Source of the DNA: a virus
DNA: 64,000 bases
Reading direction: 5' to 3' (one strand)
Virus record (IMG/VR): IMGVR_UViG_3300027797_000016
Coordinates: 32,001-96,000 of that record
In this document: positions 17,321 to 26,077 of the stretch, piece by piece
How positions within the stretch are numbered: position 1 is the stretch's first letter
Layout: the number at the start of each line of letters is the position of its first letter
Position numbers and translations under genes: made by a program
The notes under the pieces: model-generated
Told to the model about the DNA's origin: nothing
The model's input: the letters and a program-made list of their open reading frames with translations, nothing else
Database searches by the model: none

Positions 17321-17515
17321 TCATTCCAGTTCCTCCACAGCATTAGCAATTTTGTTGAAGTCATCAGCAGTCAACCAAGCAAGTCCATAATCATCATACA
17401 CAAAACTATCAGCAACAGCACGAATAGCAGCAGCAACTCCATCCTTTGGAAAGTTGTAAGTATCCTCTGCTTCGTATGCTCTCATAATCTTTTTTGCTCG
17501 TTCTTGATTAGTCAT
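17321..17515 (-). CDS. MTERA...ELEAL family paralogue
   Basis: ERAKKIM...AAAIRAV. Confidence 0.7.
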   Translation of the reverse strand: MTNQERAKKIMRAYEAEDTYNFPKDGVAAAIRAVADSFVYDDYGLAWLTADDFNKIANAVEELE

Positions 17516-17739
17516 AATGCCTCCAATTCATTAGCAAGTTCATATAAAACTCTCGCATCAACTACCATATCTTCTACACCTTCCTCTTCACAACACTGGT
17601 AATACTGAAACTCATTCACAATCTCACGAATAGCAGCAGCAAGAGCATCATTATTAAGTTTTTGAATAATAAAATCTTGTCTTTTATCTGCGAAAGTGAG
17701 ATAAAATGCTTCCATAATCCTTTGTGCTCGTTCAGTCAT
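17512..17739 (-). CDS. MTERA...ELEAL family paralogue
   Basis: see 16096-16305. Confidence 0.75.
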   Translation of the reverse strand: MTERAQRIMEAFYLTFADKRQDFIIQKLNNDALAAAIREIVNEFQYYQCCEEEGVEDMVVDARVLYELANELEAL

Positions 17740-17945
17740 AATGCCTCCACATTATCAGCAAGTTCGTTGATATCTTCCATAATTTTATGGACTATTTCCC
17801 ATTCAGCATACTGCATATAGGAAAGCACTACTTCAATAACAACCTCACGAATAGAAGATGCTAATGCTTCTTTCATATCATCTGTTGGTTCTACAATCAA
17901 TTCTGATTTGAATGTTTCCCAGATTTGGTATGCGGTGTTAGTCAT
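17736..17945 (-). CDS. MTERA...ELEAL family paralogue
   Basis: EPTDDMKEAL; ends VEAL. Confidence 0.7.
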   Translation of the reverse strand: MTNTAYQIWETFKSELIVEPTDDMKEALASSIREVVIEVVLSYMQYAEWEIVHKIMEDINELADNVEAL

Positions 17946-18023
17946 CAGGTTTCTGTGTATGAGAGTATTATAAGGCATCTGGTGCCCCTGTGGAGGGCTC
18001 TTGTGACGGTTCTTCAAGTGTCC
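17946..18023 (-). promoter_or_regulatory. repeated early promoter element
   Basis: core CTCCACAGGGGCACCAGATGCCTTATAAT identical to the 11753-11835 copy. Confidence 0.8.
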
Positions 18024-18199
18024 TTATGATTAGTCATTCCATTCACATTTTCAATATTTTCCTTTACAAGTTCAATAAGAATATCTGATGCCCCTTTACA
18101 TATGAGAGTTTCCCAATGACCAACTACAAGTTCATTATTTACAAGGTTTAGAAGGTCAAGAGCAAAGGAAATTGCTCTTTCCTGTTGTTCGTCAGTCAT
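18014..18199 (-). CDS. hypothetical protein
   Basis: coupled array. Confidence 0.6.
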   Translation of the reverse strand: MTDEQQERAISFALDLLNLVNNELVVGHWETLICKGASDILIELVKENIENVNGMTNHKDT

Positions 18200-18603
18200 T
18201 TCTTCCAATCCTCATATTTAATCTTTTTACATTCAGTCCTATCTTTGAGTGTTAATACACCTCCACAACTGCTTATCACTGGATTTTTACTGGTTTTATC
18301 AAGAACTTCAATATTTCCATTTGAATATTGAGCGATATATTTTCCACCGTCCCATTCAGGAAGTTCTAAATCATTGGGATTAGTAATCCATCCAATACCC
18401 CACCAATTAAATCCTTCATTATACACAACCATTAAAACACCTCCACTTTTCACTAGAATAGAATGAGGATTTTCATTCAACCATTCTTGAATATATGGGT
18501 GATTTACAAGTTCTTCTGTGGTATCAAAGTCAAATTCCGAAGGATTGTCACCATCAACAAATCCAGGAATTCTTTGTCTAAAATGGTTTTTTGGTTTAGT
18601 CAT
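18196..18603 (-). CDS. hypothetical protein
   Basis: 135-aa ORF. Confidence 0.7.
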   Translation of the reverse strand: MTKPKNHFRQRIPGFVDGDNPSEFDFDTTEELVNHPYIQEWLNENPHSILVKSGGVLMVVYNEGFNWWGIGWITNPNDLELPEWDGGKYIAQYSNGNIEVLDKTSKNPVISSCGGVLTLKDRTECKKIKYEDWKK

Positions 18604-18781
18604 TTTTCGTTCCTCCATAATAATGTTGTGCGTTGAGTGTTCTCCACATTACAATCTGCTCAAAACATTCTCCAAGAGAACGGCAAACAAAACTATCTTC
18701 ATCTATTCCATCTGGTCCATCCCAGATTGTTGCCGTGTATCCTTTGGTTGGATGTGGGGTATAAGTGATTTCAATTCTCAT
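18596..18781 (-). CDS. hypothetical protein
   Basis: coupled array. Confidence 0.6.
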   Translation of the reverse strand: MRIEITYTPHPTKGYTATIWDGPDGIDEDSFVCRSLGECFEQIVMWRTLNAQHYYGGTKND

Positions 18782-18945
18782 TCTTCATCCTCATCATCAG
18801 CACGACTTACACCAGAGTGAGTCATTTGGTAATTATAAACACCACGAACATCCCACATCATATTTTTTAGTAGTTTTTCTGCTTCCTCATAAGTATCAGC
18901 AGCAATTACAACTTCACCAGAATATTTGAAGTGGTAGTCAGTCAT
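18778..18945 (-). CDS. hypothetical protein
   Basis: IxAxTYEEA motif. Confidence 0.6.
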   Translation of the reverse strand: MTDYHFKYSGEVVIAADTYEEAEKLLKNMMWDVRGVYNYQMTHSGVSRADDEDEE

Positions 18946-18955
18946 TTCAGTTTCC

Positions 18956-19285
18956 TCAAAATTTCTCTTCAATTTCTTGTTTTGTTGCTACCTCTACACT
19001 AGGATAACTCACATCCTCATAATCACCAAAGTCAAAATCCATAATCAGTTTTGAGGCAACATTATCACACAGATAATCCGCAAAAATGTTAGGGTCAAGT
19101 TCTCCGTCATCTGTAAGCATATCATCATTCTTATGCTTTTCGGGGTCAAACCTCATATAAAAAGTTACTTTATAACCTTTTAGATTTTTTAGATTATCTT
19201 TGTGTTTTTCTTGTTCCTTATGTTTTTGGATTTGAAGTTCAAGTTCGTCGATTTGGTCTTCTGTCAGTTGAGAAAGGTCAATCAT
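18956..19285 (-). CDS. hypothetical protein
   Basis: first gene after promoter element. Confidence 0.7.
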   Translation of the reverse strand: MIDLSQLTEDQIDELELQIQKHKEQEKHKDNLKNLKGYKVTFYMRFDPEKHKNDDMLTDDGELDPNIFADYLCDNVASKLIMDFDFGDYEDVSYPSVEVATKQEIEEKF

Positions 19286-19289
19286 CGGT

Positions 19290-19364
19290 TTGGTTGCTTA
19301 TGAGACTATTATAAGGCATCTGGTGGGATTTTGGGAAGTCCTTGTGCCAGCTCATCAGGTGTCC
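19290..19364 (-). promoter_or_regulatory. repeated early promoter element
   Basis: GGACACCTGATGAGCTGGCAC...CCCACCAGATGCCTTATAAT; same subtype as 2328-2397. Confidence 0.75.
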
Positions 19365-19602
19365 TTGTTTCTTCTATTTTAGTTTCACTCAATCTTCCTA
19401 TATTATAACCAGAATAAAAACTCGCATATATCCATTTTCTCATCAGGTCTTCACGGGTCTTTGGGTCTTCAACAGCACAATCTCCATAAAAGTATTCGTT
19501 TTTGAAAGAATAGTCAGTATGATTGGAATAAAACCATTCGTTGAAGGAAGTTTCAATATTATCAACAAACTTCCAATCTTCTATCGGGTATTTTTTAGTC
19601 AT
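19309..19602 (-). CDS. hypothetical protein
   Basis: C-terminus encoded by promoter element. Confidence 0.65.
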   Translation of the reverse strand: MTKKYPIEDWKFVDNIETSFNEWFYSNHTDYSFKNEYFYGDCAVEDPKTREDLMRKWIYASFYSGYNIGRLSETKIEETRTPDELAQGLPKIPPDAL

Positions 19603-19808
19603 AAGTTTTCCCAGTCATAATCAAAAATAATTCTTTTATGTTTTATATCTGTGACGACAATTACTTTACCCACACTATAAGGATTACTACTACATTCATC
19701 CCAGTGTTTCTTTGCTATTGATTTATCCGTTGTGCGACCAGAGTAATTTGCATCACCCATACCATCAGCAGTTGTTCCAGCAAACAAAAGATACCAAGTT
19801 TCAGTCAT
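19599..19808 (-). CDS. hypothetical protein
   Basis: coupled array. Confidence 0.65.
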   Translation of the reverse strand: MTETWYLLFAGTTADGMGDANYSGRTTDKSIAKKHWDECSSNPYSVGKVIVVTDIKHKRIIFDYDWENL

Positions 19809-20212
19809 TCAAACAACCTCTCATTTACTTCACGAATACAAGCATTATAACCAACAGAATACTCTGGTAGTCCAACACCTTTTTTATATTCGGGAATATT
19901 CTCCCTAATCAAACGCAGCACTCTAATAGTCATATCGTCTATATCAACTCTCTCATCAAGGTTAGGTTTTAGCAATTCCCAGAGTTTATCATAAAAACTT
20001 TCAGGTTCTATGATGCGTTGATACTTCACACCCATAATGGTTGCGGTATCTCCTTCTATGAGAACTGTTGAGATGTCTATTTCTTTAGTCATTTGTGATT
20101 TTAGATAAGGGCAATAGTCAGGTTCAAAACAAGCACTTTGAAAACTGGCACTTGTTTCTACATCATCAGGAGCATAACACCAACCGCAGTCCAAGTATTT
20201 ACAGGAATTCAT
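19805..20212 (-). CDS. hypothetical protein
   Basis: Cys-rich N-terminus; C-terminal GYNACIxE like the end of 9577-10326. Confidence 0.65.
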   Translation of the reverse strand: MNSCKYLDCGWCYAPDDVETSASFQSACFEPDYCPYLKSQMTKEIDISTVLIEGDTATIMGVKYQRIIEPESFYDKLWELLKPNLDERVDIDDMTIRVLRLIRENIPEYKKGVGLPEYSVGYNACIREVNERLFE

Positions 20213-20394
20213 AGTTTTACGGGTTGTTGTAGGTCTTGTGTCCAAAGTTGTTTATATGTAATCCACCTTTCTACACCAGTTTCCTGTTGTGCCGTCCAGT
20301 GATTCCCATACTCATCAACCGCATCCAAATAATGAATACCTGTCTTGGGGCAGATTACTCTGGATACTTGTGTGAATTTTAGTCGTTCAGTCAT
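20209..20394 (-). CDS. hypothetical protein
   Basis: coupled array. Confidence 0.65.
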   Translation of the reverse strand: MTERLKFTQVSRVICPKTGIHYLDAVDEYGNHWTAQQETGVERWITYKQLWTQDLQQPVKL

Positions 20395-20660
20395 AATTTT
20401 TCAAGTTCCATAATAACAGATTGAAGGTCTCTAACACCTATAACCCAGTCATCCTCTACATCATCTTCAATCTCATATACATTCTTGAATTGATTGATGA
20501 GTTCTTTGAGTAATTCGGCAACAGATTTATTATATTGAGAACATTCATATGCAATACCGTAAATATAAGTATCTCTTCCGGTTTCTGGATGATTATAATT
20601 CTCTGGATGGTTCGGGTTGTGAAGATAAATCGCACCCGTTAGTTTTTCAGTTTCAATCAT
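20391..20660 (-). CDS. hypothetical protein, ELEAL-family-like C-terminus
   Basis: VIGVRDL...ELEKL. Confidence 0.6.
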   Translation of the reverse strand: MIETEKLTGAIYLHNPNHPENYNHPETGRDTYIYGIAYECSQYNKSVAELLKELINQFKNVYEIEDDVEDDWVIGVRDLQSVIMELEKL

Positions 20661-20833
20661 TTTAGTTCCTCAAATATAAGTATTACAAAAACTACGATGT
20701 CCTTTTACCCATTCAACTGCCTTTTCAATATTCCCATCACACATATAAAGACCTTTCAAACACTCCAAATACCCAGCACCAGTTTTTTCACGAACTTCTG
20801 GAACTAACTTTTTATAATATTGTATTTTTTCAG

Positions 20834-21091
20834 TCATTCCCCCCACCCCTCAAAGTATTCCGCAAAAAATGCAAATCCTAACCCGAATTTATATTGTTGC
20901 ATATTTACACTAAAAAGAGAAGAACCGAAGAAAGAAAGCAAGATGTTAAACCCCCCAGAAGAATGAACTATACCACCAGGAGTATCATAATACACCCAAA
21001 GAAATGAACGATTTTTGAGAATACCAAACTGCCAAGTGTGGGAGGTTTCACCATTATCCCAAACTTTTTTATCGTGCTGGAAGAGTTTCAT
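20834..21091 (-). CDS. hypothetical protein, paralogue of 22590 and 23055 ORFs
   Basis: aromatic beta-rich pattern with (S/G)LF motif. Confidence 0.65.
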   Translation of the reverse strand: MKLFQHDKKVWDNGETSHTWQFGILKNRSFLWVYYDTPGGIVHSSGGFNILLSFFGSSLFSVNMQQYKFGLGFAFFAEYFEGWGE

Positions 21092-21170
21092 CAGGTCTTT
21101 GTGTATGAGGTCATTATACGACAAGGGCACTCGGTTTCAAGTGCCCTTGTTCCAGTTTCTCAAGTGTCCT
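21092..21170 (-). promoter_or_regulatory. repeated early promoter element with GGGCAC/GTGCCC hairpin
   Basis: near-identical to 16706-16785. Confidence 0.85.
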
Positions 21171-21188
21171 CAGTTTCTACCAAATACC

Positions 21189-22112
21189 TTATACAACACT
21201 ATTAATCCAGTTACGATCTGGTTGTAAACTCTCTTGATTTCTCAGCATAGTGCCCTTAAATCCATCCATCACCCAAACACTTCTACCATCATCCCAAGCA
21301 TTTTGTAATCCAGCAACATTAGACCACAAAGGCCAAGCATGATCGGTATCAAGTATTTGTGGTCCTTTAAATCCAGATAGTTTTGTTGGACCAGATGGAG
21401 CAATCCAATCAGCATCAATATTAGTTAACCAATCTTGTGTCCTACCCTTTGATGGTTTCATTCCAGTAGCATAAGATGCTCCAACTGGTTTATCAGTATA
21501 ACCTTTCACCCACTCAATCACTTTACCCTGAAACCATTTTACAGATTCACGATTTAACTCATTACCAACTTCATATATCACATTATCATACTTTTCAAGT
21601 CGTGATGTAACCTCTTTTACATGAGCACGTTGATACTTATTCCACGGACCTCTACTATGAACTTGTGAAGGATCTTTTGGTCCATTTTTTATACCATTAA
21701 AGGGATGTAACCTCCAAGAATCACCACCCTTTGGAAAATATGGAACAATAGCACCCTCAAACAAACAAACACCCACAGTAATACCAAGTTCATCTGCTGC
21801 TTTGACTGCTCTCTCCAGAGCATCATAGTATCCACGATTTAACCTCCCACTTTTATCTTTTCTCCACGGCACATCATCAATCTTCACAACTCCTGGTGTA
21901 TTACTTCCCCAAGGAGAAGCAGCAAAGTTTGCTCCTCCTGTCTCTATAGTCCACAGACGAGTAAAGTTTCCAGTAATCTTATTCATACCAATAAGTTCAC
22001 CATTTATAGCCTGAACCGTATTCCAAGTATGATTACCTGCCAATTGTTCTTTCTTTCCGTCAATATAAAAGTTATTACGTTTAATTGTAATCCCAGTTAT
22101 ATTGTCTTCCAT
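21189..22112 (-). CDS. putative clan GH-A (GH5-like) glycoside hydrolase
   Basis: RLW...YYDALERAVKAADELGITVGVCLF...NVIYEVGNE acid/base motif; TAAATA upstream. Confidence 0.6.
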   Translation of the reverse strand: MEDNITGITIKRNNFYIDGKKEQLAGNHTWNTVQAINGELIGMNKITGNFTRLWTIETGGANFAASPWGSNTPGVVKIDDVPWRKDKSGRLNRGYYDALERAVKAADELGITVGVCLFEGAIVPYFPKGGDSWRLHPFNGIKNGPKDPSQVHSRGPWNKYQRAHVKEVTSRLEKYDNVIYEVGNELNRESVKWFQGKVIEWVKGYTDKPVGASYATGMKPSKGRTQDWLTNIDADWIAPSGPTKLSGFKGPQILDTDHAWPLWSNVAGLQNAWDDGRSVWVMDGFKGTMLRNQESLQPDRNWINSVV

Positions 22113-22166
22113 TTTATTCCCATTACTGATATCTTGTATTTATTTGATCATCAGTATCCTCATCAA

Positions 22167-22451
22167 TCATTGAGGTGTCTCTGTTACTGGGGGTGGAGGG
22201 GTTAATGGTGGTAGTATAACAGGTTCTGGTGCTGGTAGTTGTAGTGGTTGTGGTTGTGGTTGTGGTTGTGCTTCTACAACTGGTTTTTGTGTTTTTACTT
22301 CTTCCAGTTGTTTCTCAAGTTGAATAATCTTCTCCTCAAGTATTGGTGAAGGAATATTTGTAGAACCTTCAGCAAGTTTATAACCAGCAACACTCACACC
22401 AAAGATACTTGAGAGTGCTGCAACAATAGAAACAGTCTTAGTGAAACTCAT
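22167..22451 (-). CDS. membrane-anchored protein with coiled coil and Pro-rich tail
   Basis: N-terminal TM, LEEKIIQLEKQLEE, (QP)n. Confidence 0.7.
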   Translation of the reverse strand: MSFTKTVSIVAALSSIFGVSVAGYKLAEGSTNIPSPILEEKIIQLEKQLEEVKTQKPVVEAQPQPQPQPLQLPAPEPVILPPLTPPPPVTETPQ

Positions 22452-22589
22452 AATCAGTCAGCAAGTCCTACGATGGGTTTAATGTTCATAAAGTCGTTAT
22501 ACAGCAACCTGGCGAATATAATGTGGGGTTTCTGTCTAGTTTCAATTGCTGAACTGGTTGCGACTGCCCACAGTATATTCAGTTCTTTT

Positions 22590-22868
22590 TCAGTCATCAT
22601 AATTGCACTTATTATCCTCAATATTATTCAAATAATCCCATTTCCAAGTTCTTGATGCGAGACTCACATCAAATCCTATGCGATGGACCCAAAATAGAAG
22701 TCCAAAGAGACCATTAGAACCTACATTAATTTGCAGATAAGGCCATCCTGCATAATCGTTAATGGAAAATGAGACCTGAAGTAAACTCCAATTTCTTATA
22801 TTGAGAATTTGTACATAGAAATCCGTTCCAAAATCTTTTCTAACATTAAATTGAATTAGTTTTTTCAT
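22590..22868 (-). CDS. hypothetical protein, paralogue of 23055-23318
   Basis: DFGxxxYxxILxIxxxxLLQ. Confidence 0.7.
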   Translation of the reverse strand: MKKLIQFNVRKDFGTDFYVQILNIRNWSLLQVSFSINDYAGWPYLQINVGSNGLFGLLFWVHRIGFDVSLASRTWKWDYLNNIEDNKCNYDD

Positions 22869-23062
22869 TCTTGGAGTTCCTGTGCGAGTTGTATCATATC
22901 ATCACGGTCTAAAACTTGCAAATCATTTTGTGCTGTATAAGACCTTACAGTTTCTGCAGCAACTTGTAGAATTGCAGAAACCAGTTTCTCTTCAGTATCA
23001 GCACCTTGATTGTTTCTACAGTCCCAGATTGCATTCATAAAATCCCGTGCTCTTTCAGTCAT
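22865..23062 (-). CDS. MTERA family paralogue
   Basis: MTERARDFM...LAQELQE. Confidence 0.65.
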   Translation of the reverse strand: MTERARDFMNAIWDCRNNQGADTEEKLVSAILQVAAETVRSYTAQNDLQVLDRDDMIQLAQELQE

Positions 23063-23318
23063 TTGCAATTCCCTCCCGATAAGAATTTAAGTTTCTACAG
23101 AACCAAGAAAGAACATCAACAGAAACACCATACCTCCAGATTGTAAGGTCAAATCCAAATAAGGAAGAGTGTCCAACATTTACAAGCAAACCAGAACTTC
23201 CTGCATATTCATTAAGGTCAATATTAAACTGAAGCAGACATAATCGTTTGATTTGTAGAATATTCAGGTAATACTCTTTGCCAAAATCATCAACAAACAG
23301 ATAATCAATTAGTTTCAT
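23055..23318 (-). CDS. hypothetical protein, paralogue of 22590-22868
   Basis: shared motifs. Confidence 0.65.
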   Translation of the reverse strand: MKLIDYLFVDDFGKEYYLNILQIKRLCLLQFNIDLNEYAGSSGLLVNVGHSSLFGFDLTIWRYGVSVDVLSWFCRNLNSYREGIAND

Positions 23319-23493
23319 TGTTTTCATCCTCAAAGTCAAAGTATTCGTGAATTTGTTCCATTACACACATTTCAATATGGTCACAGATAGACTCTTCAGT
23401 CGGGTTCTCAATATGCTTATGAGCACGACGATAACCCCGACACACACCCTCCTCGATTGCTCGTTCCAGTATAACAAGTGTTTTTACTTTCAT
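23305..23493 (-). CDS. hypothetical protein
   Basis: AIEEGVxRGYRRAHKH. Confidence 0.7.
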   Translation of the reverse strand: MKVKTLVILERAIEEGVCRGYRRAHKHIENPTEESICDHIEMCVMEQIHEYFDFEDENNETN

Positions 23494-24095
23494 TTGCTCA
23501 ACTCCTTAATACCTTTTTGCAAGTATCCATAATCTCTTGTTTCAGTAATGTTTTTCACTTCTCCACAAACATTACACTTACCTTCCCAGACCGATGATAC
23601 TCTGTCGTGGTATTCTCCATATTTACTTCCACAATCAAAACAAACTACATCAGCATTCTTAAGGGTATCAACAGTCACCTCATTTTCAGCACACATTGCA
23701 GAAATTTCTTCCTCTGTATATTGCTCTGCAGAAGGATTAAGTGCGCGGGAGAGTTTTGCTTTTAGGTCACGAACTTCTGCTTCTAACTTACAGACCTCAT
23801 CACGATAATCCTCAACCAATTTTAGATCATACTCTTCAGCAATCTTACGCATCTCTTCTTCACTACGCATATCATTAAAGGTGACAGCACAAGCACCTTT
23901 CATAATACCCATTTCAGTATGTCCAATCGCACGTGCAAAGTTACTGAAGAGAGTAAAGAGTTGAGTTGAGTTCAGGTCTTGAGCAGGAACCTCAAAGGTA
24001 TAATGCTCCTCTGGAAGTGTCTCATCATCATAGATACCACCAGTGTGGTCCCAAGTGGAATCAAATTTGAGAGTGATTTTTGCTTCGTAGGTCAT
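23490..24095 (-). CDS. hypothetical protein with C-terminal Zn ribbon
   Basis: CFDCG...CNVCG. Confidence 0.7.
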   Translation of the reverse strand: MTYEAKITLKFDSTWDHTGGIYDDETLPEEHYTFEVPAQDLNSTQLFTLFSNFARAIGHTEMGIMKGACAVTFNDMRSEEEMRKIAEEYDLKLVEDYRDEVCKLEAEVRDLKAKLSRALNPSAEQYTEEEISAMCAENEVTVDTLKNADVVCFDCGSKYGEYHDRVSSVWEGKCNVCGEVKNITETRDYGYLQKGIKELSK

Positions 24096-24099
24096 TGCT

Positions 24100-24175
24100 T
24101 TGGATTTGTATGTACATACTATAAGACCCTCAACTGCGAAAGTCAAGGGTCAGTGGACGGTTTGTAAAGTGTCTA
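24100..24175 (-). promoter_or_regulatory. diverged early promoter element, TTGACT-N17-TATAGT
   Basis: GACACTTTACAAACCGTCCAC; GACCCT/AGGGTC hairpin. Confidence 0.7.
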
Positions 24176-24358
24176 TGAAATCAAAACTTCTTTACATATT
24201 CGTTTACATACTTGTTGATTTTCATCACACTCAATTAGACACTGATAGTAATCGTTAATCAAATCATTATGTTCGTTAGATTTTTCAGTTATTCCTCCAA
24301 GATTTTGAGTAGTATCGTTCCAACCTGCAAGTTGATTAAAGGAAATTAAGTTATGCAT
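24173..24358 (-). CDS. small Cys-containing protein
   Basis: DYYQCLIECD...CKRICKEVL. Confidence 0.7.
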   Translation of the reverse strand: MHNLISFNQLAGWNDTTQNLGGITEKSNEHNDLINDYYQCLIECDENQQVCKRICKEVLIS

Positions 24359-24469
24359 AATAGCCTCTACGCACAAGTAACATTATAATAAAGAGTTTTT
24401 ATGTTGTTGTATTCTCACCTTACTATTTTAACATCATAAGTTCTTTTTGTGTTGATTTCTTAACATATC

Positions 24470-24778
24470 TCAATCTCTTCTCATTTCATCGTCATTACGA
24501 AAGAAATCTGCAATATCATCAACACTATTAAATTTAGTGCGATGGTTTCTGGGATCAGGATCACCCAGGTCAAGAGCATTTAGAAATCCATCAAGACTTT
24601 CTTCAGTCATTTCTGGATTTGCTGCTTTTCTACGTGCTTGTCTTAATATTGATCCAGCACTTCTGTTAGATTTACTTAATTTTTCTGCCCATATTACATC
24701 ACTTAAACTTACTTCTTCTTGATTTGCAATACGATCACATATCTCCTGAAGACGAACACGGTAAGCAGTTGATAACAT
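24470..24778 (-). CDS. cyanophage-type hypothetical protein
   Basis: MLSTxYRxRL...LDLGDPDP; TAAATA upstream. Confidence 0.75.
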   Translation of the reverse strand: MLSTAYRVRLQEICDRIANQEEVSLSDVIWAEKLSKSNRSAGSILRQARRKAANPEMTEESLDGFLNALDLGDPDPRNHRTKFNSVDDIADFFRNDDEMRRD

Positions 24779-24804
24779 AATGGTATTATCCAGATATGGT
24801 GTAT

Positions 24805-24978
24805 TTATTGTTCTTTTAACATTTTAAAATACATCTTATAATACTTCTGTTTCATTTTTTGTATATATTCATACTCTTCTGGTTCATCATAACAACTCAA
24901 AAGGTATGAAATTCCCTCCAATTCACTAATCAATCGTGCTATTGTCGTTGGATGCTTTGGATCTACGTTCCATTTCAT
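24805..24978 (-). CDS. hypothetical protein
   Basis: ARLISELEG. Confidence 0.6.
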   Translation of the reverse strand: MKWNVDPKHPTTIARLISELEGISYLLSCYDEPEEYEYIQKMKQKYYKMYFKMLKEQ

Positions 24979-25192
24979 CTTGTATTTCTTTTGCAAGTTT
25001 ATATGATCTTTGCTCAATATTCCATCTAACAATAGGATTTCGTGGGTCATTTAGTATTATCCATTTTGTTTTCTCATAATGAAGACGCAAAAGATGACTT
25101 GAGTAGGATACAAGACCAGCAACGTTCTCATCAGTTGCAATGAGATATGCGATACAGAAAAATATGAGAAGATAAAGGTATACTGAATTCAT
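24926..25192 (-). CDS. membrane-anchored hypothetical protein
   Basis: TM then PRNPIVRW. Confidence 0.65.
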   Translation of the reverse strand: MNSVYLYLLIFFCIAYLIATDENVAGLVSYSSHLLRLHYEKTKWIILNDPRNPIVRWNIEQRSYKLAKEIQDEMERRSKASNDNSTID

Positions 25193-25214
25193 TATAAGAA
25201 TAATTACATCTTAC

Positions 25215-25412
25215 TTATTTAATCATTCTCCAGTTCTTATCCTCGTTGTTTTCGTTCATCCAAAACTCATATCGTCCAGAGATACTTTCCAGTTTCATCA
25301 TTCCATCTTTACGGTCGGTGACTCTGCAAGAATGTAGTCGGTCCATATCATATACAAAGATATCCTTCGCATTAGAATTTTTTGGGCTGACATAAACGAA
25401 TTCAGTTTTCAT
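25215..25412 (-). CDS. hypothetical protein
   Basis: VSPKxSxAK...MDxLHSC. Confidence 0.65.
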   Translation of the reverse strand: MKTEFVYVSPKNSNAKDIFVYDMDRLHSCRVTDRKDGMMKLESISGRYEFWMNENNEDKNWRMIK

Positions 25413-25456
25413 AATGTTTTTAAGTGGTTAAAAGTAGTCTCAAACCTAACAAAGGT

Positions 25457-25485
25457 ATTATACAGGTTTATTGAGTATCCGTCAA
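25457..25485 (-). promoter_or_regulatory. sigma70-type promoter TTGACG-N17-TATAAT
   Basis: read directly. Confidence 0.7.
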
Positions 25486-25887
25486 GTATTGTTGGTACAG
25501 GATGCGTTCATTCCATCTCGCAGCAATTTCGTGGGGTTGTTCCCAGTACTCCAAGTTCTCCATACATTCACCTTTGTAGTATCTTTTAGATGCTTTGAGT
25601 TTTAGTTCTCCTTTACAAAATTGCAGGACATGATATAATTCATGAATCAATGTTTTTGTATAAGTTTCCTTATCCAAGTGAGTATCCAGTTCAATAAGAA
25701 ACTCACGAGGATTGTAATGTCTTCCAGCAACATCACAATATCCATATGCCTGCTCTTTTTTCATACCACGATGAAGAACCTCAATCTCCAGTTTGTGCCT
25801 TGGAAGATGCTTGGATACAAACCAACTCACCACATCTTCACAGAGTGTCTTGGAGTAACCATACCCTTCTGTGTAAAGCGTTAGCAT
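25468..25887 (-). CDS. HExxH zinc metallopeptidase-like protein
   Basis: TLIHELYHVLQ...PHEIAA. Confidence 0.75.
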   Translation of the reverse strand: MLTLYTEGYGYSKTLCEDVVSWFVSKHLPRHKLEIEVLHRGMKKEQAYGYCDVAGRHYNPREFLIELDTHLDKETYTKTLIHELYHVLQFCKGELKLKASKRYYKGECMENLEYWEQPHEIAARWNERILYQQYLTDTQ

Positions 25888-25999
25888 TTAGAATGAGGTG
25901 ATAATGGTGTAAGTCACACGAGTTCCCCATTGCATAAAGGTGAGGAATGAGACGACAAAAATCAGTCTATCAAGGTTAGAAAGGGACATTAGGTCTCTT

Positions 26000-26070
26000 G
26001 GGTTACTCACCTACTATAAAGCACCTTGCAGACGATCCTGAAGGTGCTTGTGACGGTTTTAGAAGTGGAT
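26000..26070 (-). promoter_or_regulatory. diverged early promoter element at start of early region
   Basis: CACTTCTAAAACCGTCAC; AAGCACCTT/AAGGTGCTT inverted repeat; TATAGT. Confidence 0.6.
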
Positions 26071-26077
26071 AAGGTAT

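Noticed and set aside
22167-22451. Spanin call for the TM/coiled-coil/Pro-rich protein
   Set aside because: No lipobox partner or adjacent lysis genes recognised
2328-26070. Dispersed repeats as a CRISPR or guide-RNA array
   Set aside because: Copies are hundreds to thousands of bp apart, contain TATAAT and precede genes; no regular spacers or cas genes
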